Part shown: piece after piece, positions 59,401-64,000 of the stretch
How the letters are laid out: each line of letters begins with the position of its first letter
Numbering within the stretch: position 1 is the first letter of the stretch
DNA from: Okamejei kenojei
Lineage: Eukaryota
Reading direction: 5' to 3'
Assembly: GCA_035221665.1 (NCBI GenBank)
Contig: CM069159.1
Coordinates: 22,196,001-22,260,000, forward strand
Length of the DNA stretch: 64,000 nt
Notes under the pieces: generated by a model
What the model was told of the DNA's origin: nothing
What the model saw: only the letters and a program-made list of their open reading frames with translations
The model's database searches: none
Program-made: the position numbers and the translations under genes

Positions 59401-60409
59401 GTCCTATACTTCCTCCATTAAGAAGATTGCATGAGAGGGAAATTGTTCTAACTTTCAACAGACCCATCAATCACAGAAAGTTTATGATATTTTATTTAGT
59501 TTAAACAATATCATCTCACAAATTCAAAATAATTCCACTGAATTTCTTTGACACTTTCTAAATTTGCTGCAATGTGAAATTAATGATGGTTAATAAATGA
59601 TTACACTGCTGTGCAACACTTCTATGTGTCTAACAACTTAAATATTCATCTATAATGGGCTTCACCATGCTGACAGGGGGGAGGAATGGCAGGATTAGGG
59701 AAAATGGTTAGGAACAAACACATTGCGTCACTCAAAAGACAAATGCAACAATGTTTAACTAGCGAAAGCATGCATTGCTTTAGCAGATGTGACTTTAAAG
59801 GGGAATACCTGAATTTGAAATAACAGAAGAGTTTTGTCTCTTGAGTCAATTTTTTCTGTTTTGGAATAACAGAAAATATGACAGTCCAAGTGGATAGAGA
59901 GTGAGCCATGTCATGAGAAACGAAGGTGTTTCAAAGCAACAATTTAAATTGAGGAAAACATGTTGATGACTATCATTAACACCTGAAATATTTCAAATCA
60001 GAAAGATAAAACGCAGCAAAGAGCTTTTGAACCATTTGCCTGGTACTAAATTGGGCAAAACAGTGGGAGATTGTAACAGCTTTGAAGAATCCCTGCCAGC
60101 TCTGCTTGGCTTCAGGAACTGAGGACTGAGTTGTGTAAACGCCAAGTCAAAAAGCTGCATTATGTTCCACAATTTACCTAGATTCAATGTTCTTTTTTTG
60201 GAATTTGTGCTTTTTTTTGACATATCCACTGAAAATATCACTTTGAACCTCATATAAAGAACTTTCGTATTCGGATATGAAACTGCAGAATACATGTTGA
60301 GAGGAAAATGATTTTTAAACAAATACATGTTTGGGGGAATTTCACCACTTGGTAATTGGAAATGTTGCTCTATATGTTTATAAAACAATGCTATTTTTTT
60401 CTAATTCGA

Positions 60410-60740
60410 TTTAGAGTCATAGAATCATTGGAACCAAGCCATTCGATCCACCGAGTCCATACTGACCATCAGACGCTCATTTAGACTGATGCCATTTTAT
60501 ACAGTCAATACACCCACAGATTCTACCACTCATCTACACACCAGGGGCTATTTACAATGACAATTGTAAATCCACCTACATGTTTTTGGAGTGTGGGAGG
60601 AAACTACGATCACCCATGGGGAAATTCATGCAGTCACAGGAAGAACGTGCAAACTCCACACACAGACTGCACTGGAGGTCAGGATTGAACCAAGGCTGCT
60701 GGAGCTGTGAAGCATCAGTTCCACTGGTTGCACCACTGTG
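60410..60740 (-). mobile_element. Older HE1/V-SINE-type SINE
   Basis: AGAGTCATAGAATCAT tail; GGAGTGTGGGAGGAAAC..GTCACAGGAAGAACGTGCAAACTCCACAC..GGTCAGGATTGAACC. Confidence 0.8.
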
Positions 60741-63614
60741 ATATCAACACAGAATCTTATCAGAAGTCCACTGGATGAAGTAGAATTGGGGAGGAAAGTA
60801 TGTGGACCTTCTATCCATTGTGCGTGTTCGACTCTTTGAATGAACTGAGCAAATAGCCCATTCTCGTATTACAGTTTGAAATAAATGAACAATGTGGTAT
60901 CATTCAACAGGCCAATAAATAATACTGCTTTTCTTTCGTGAGTGCGTTCAGGGAGGAATATTTCTGCCTGTTAGGGAAACACCTGATCACAAGGTTGGCT
61001 GGAGTGGTTAAACAGGACAAAACAAAGAAAACGGACCAGTTTACGACCCACCTGAAGCAGCAACTCTGCTGGGGTTGCGCGATGAAAATCATGTCTCATT
61101 CCATTCCCATCTAACCAGAAATTGAATGGAGCAGAGTGTTCCACAGTTGCGGATTAGGAGGAAATAACATGGGGAACATTAAAGAACACTGAATATGAAG
61201 GGAAGTGATGGAGGATAATGAAGGTTCCAGGTATTGTATTCCCCTTTAAAGGAAAAATGAGATTAAAAGCCCCTCCTGCTGCCCCCCTTTCAGACATGGA
61301 TTCAACCCTTACCTATTGAGGTGTTGAGGACCTGGTCACAACAACACTGCCGTGATAGCTGAGATTAATCAAAAACAAAGCAGTTAAGACTCTGAATGAT
61401 CCATTTAATTTGAAGAAAATTCATTAAACGAATGATGACATTCAGGTACATGAGAAGAATGCTCAATAATGTCCGTGGGTTCCACATACACAGCATCTGA
61501 CATCAATGAAAATGAAACAGGAACCTGAACACACCAAAATACACTGTAATTTTTCTTTAAAAAAAAAAAACTACGGCAGGGTTTTCACGCACAACGACAA
61601 GACACGACACCTTTACCTGCAGCTCACTTTGGAAAGAGTCAATTGAGAAAATGGAAAAGCGGAACACATACGCGGTGACTGGGAACTCCAGGCAGCCTTG
61701 GGTTACAACATTTCAAGACTGATTAACATCATTCTTCCCGTCCATATTACCACACCCTGCTTGGTGTGATCAGATTAAATGGAGAACTGAGCCTTGACTC
61801 CAGGAATTCAAATTGTGGAAAAGGACTAATTCAGATCAGCAATACAAAATCAAAGTATTTTGCTTGACATTCCCTCCTTAAATGAAGGAGAGAAGAGTAT
61901 ATCACAATGCATGGAATCATAAATGTAAAACACAGTGTCCCTCTGTCGTATCTCTATGCAATGCAACACACATTCATTCCCATTTCTACGGTCACACAAA
62001 GAAAATCATGTTAATTTCCTTTACAGTTCCAATTAGTGAGGATCCTTAATTAACACTTGCAGGCATTAGTTATATTTCTCATTGAGTTCAATGGGAGATA
62101 ATTTTCTTTGCACTTCTAAGGACTCAATGTAACAATCCTAAGTCACGTGAATACACAATTATGACACTGCAGTAGTCCATGGATGCTGTTAGGTCGTGGT
62201 TGTGCTTCCAATCTGTTCTGCAACCTGTATGAGATACACGTACTGCAACCTGCCTCTGTTATTGCCAGGAAGAAGAAGATGAATGACAATAAAAACAATA
62301 GTTTAAGGGGACCTATGTCCAATGCATTGAAGATTACAAAAAAAATGAACAAAAGAGTTCAAAAGTTACCACATTTGTGGTTCATAACATGCAAGAAACA
62401 GAAGACAATCATTTAATTTCAGAGGTTGCTGTTTGCTTTGAGTTAGAATTCAGCCCATGGCTAAATTGGGATTACACCAGTAATTCTGAGTAAAATGAGA
62501 TAAAGATCTTGTGGCGTGGACCCAACAGAATATATTTTAAGATTGGTGGGCATATCTCAGGACCTCTACTCAAGCATGTTTTCCTTTAATTACAATGCTC
62601 AAGCTAATATATTGAAGATTATTTCCCTGATATTTGAACATCTGAATCATTGCATGCACTTAATGGCGAAGACTGGTGCAGACATAACTATTTAAGGAGC
62701 AGGTTGAAAAGACTTTGAAGTATCATCCCCAAATATAGAGAAATAACACAGCTGGTATAACATCCTTTGAGATGGAACAACAGCTGTGTCTGAGACATCC
62801 ATGGATAAATACTAAGTGACTATATAAGTGCTTAGACCATGTTAATCTGACATTGGTTATTTCAATATTTATGCCAGTATATATTCAGAGTAGAAGGCAA
62901 TTATCAACCTGCCAATTTAAGCAAATAAATGCCCACGTCTACTAAGCCATAACTATTTCTCCAGCTTGCCAGTGTACGCACCTTAGAGGTCTGGTACTAC
63001 TAATTACCAGCCTCAAAATAAAATAAGACATTCAAAATCCCCTACCTCTCTGCAAGGAACCTTTAAACTAAACCTTCTGGGTTTCTGACTGCACATCTGG
63101 TGCATCTAATTCGGTATGGTATGAGTTTACACTCTGATACCTTAATACAGCAATTACTCAAAAAATTGAATCTGCTGCTCTATTGATGAGGGCAATTATT
63201 TATTTACTTATTTTGGCCATGCTTTAAAACTAAGAAGAAATATGTGATTGTCACAGTGCACACACAATTATATATTTTCTTGCTCACTGATTCATGACGG
63301 AGTATGTTTTCTGAAGCATGTAATGTAGAAATCAAGCAAACAGCAAATACACACACAAAGGACACGAATTGACTGAACTATACACAGCACTTGATCAAGC
63401 TTCCAGCAAGTGAGCCCCACCTAGCTGATAGCTTGCTAACTGCAGGTGCTGTGTGGAATACTGTTGAACCCAATGCACCTACAGCTGGAGCTCAATGCAA
63501 TGCATGAATAGCACTCTCTTGAGTTCTTGATAAAGAACAAGGATTCTAAAAATCTAATTTCTAGTCGATCTAAAGTATCAATGTCTGATCTTGTATGGTC
63601 AAAGGCAAAAGATT

Positions 63615-63912
63615 TTTAGTTTAGTTTAGGGACACAGCATGGAAACAAGCCCTTCGGCCCATGCCAAACCATCGATCACTAGTTCACGCTAGTTCTATGT
63701 TATTCCACTTTTGCAGTCACTCCCTACACATTAGGGCTGATTTATAAAAGCCAATTAACCCACAAACCTACACTTCTTTGGGATGTGGGTGGAAACTGGA
63801 GAAGCCGGAGGATGTCCATATGGTCATAGGGAGATCATACAAACTCCACACAGACGTTCCGGAGGTCAGGATCAAACTGGGGTGTTTGGTACTCCACAAG
63901 CTGCGCCATTGT
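63615..63912 (-). mobile_element. HE1/V-SINE-type SINE
   Basis: (TTTAG)n tail, GGAAACAAGCCCTTCGGCCC, CAAACTCCACACAGAC..GGTCAGGATCAAAC. Confidence 0.82.
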
Positions 63913-64000
63913 ACCCCCCAAGCAATGCCACTCTACCATTCCAAATAAGGATGAGACATATAGAAGTGTGTCTACAAGAGCAATAAGTTGTTGTGGATGA

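Overview
AT-rich, CpG-depleted vertebrate genomic DNA, not prokaryotic. The repeat complement (HE1/V-SINE-type tRNA-derived SINEs with CR1-like tails, CR1 LINE 3' ends, Penelope-like elements, Rex1/Babar, L1 and Tx1 fragments, a Deu-domain SINE) points to a cartilaginous fish, probably a skate or ray; this is inferred from repeat recognition, not from a database search. Most of the window is intronic or intergenic, with dozens of 5'-truncated retroelements, many nested and with readable target-site duplications (TSDs). The stretch ~9040-13764 (C-rich low-complexity sequence around a 337-bp N gap) is very probably an assembly artefact. It sits between the two TSD copies of one L1 insertion, and its Pro/Gly-rich ORFs are spurious. 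Most notable signals: (1) a Penelope-like element family whose terminal repeat carries a minimal hammerhead-ribozyme core (CTGAAGA-stem-GAAACGTC), dispersed as short, often palindromic insertions with 14-15 bp TSDs; (2) two minus-strand exon candidates (42381-42260 and 38144-37915) that splice in frame into a ~116-aa C-terminus I cannot identify; (3) a 372-bp MITE with CAAAG termini, an 8-bp TSD and an internal hairpin (P- or hAT-like); (4) several repeat-free, motif-dense blocks resembling conserved non-coding elements. Coordinates of old repeats are approximate. No complete gene, rRNA, true tRNA or CRISPR array is supported.
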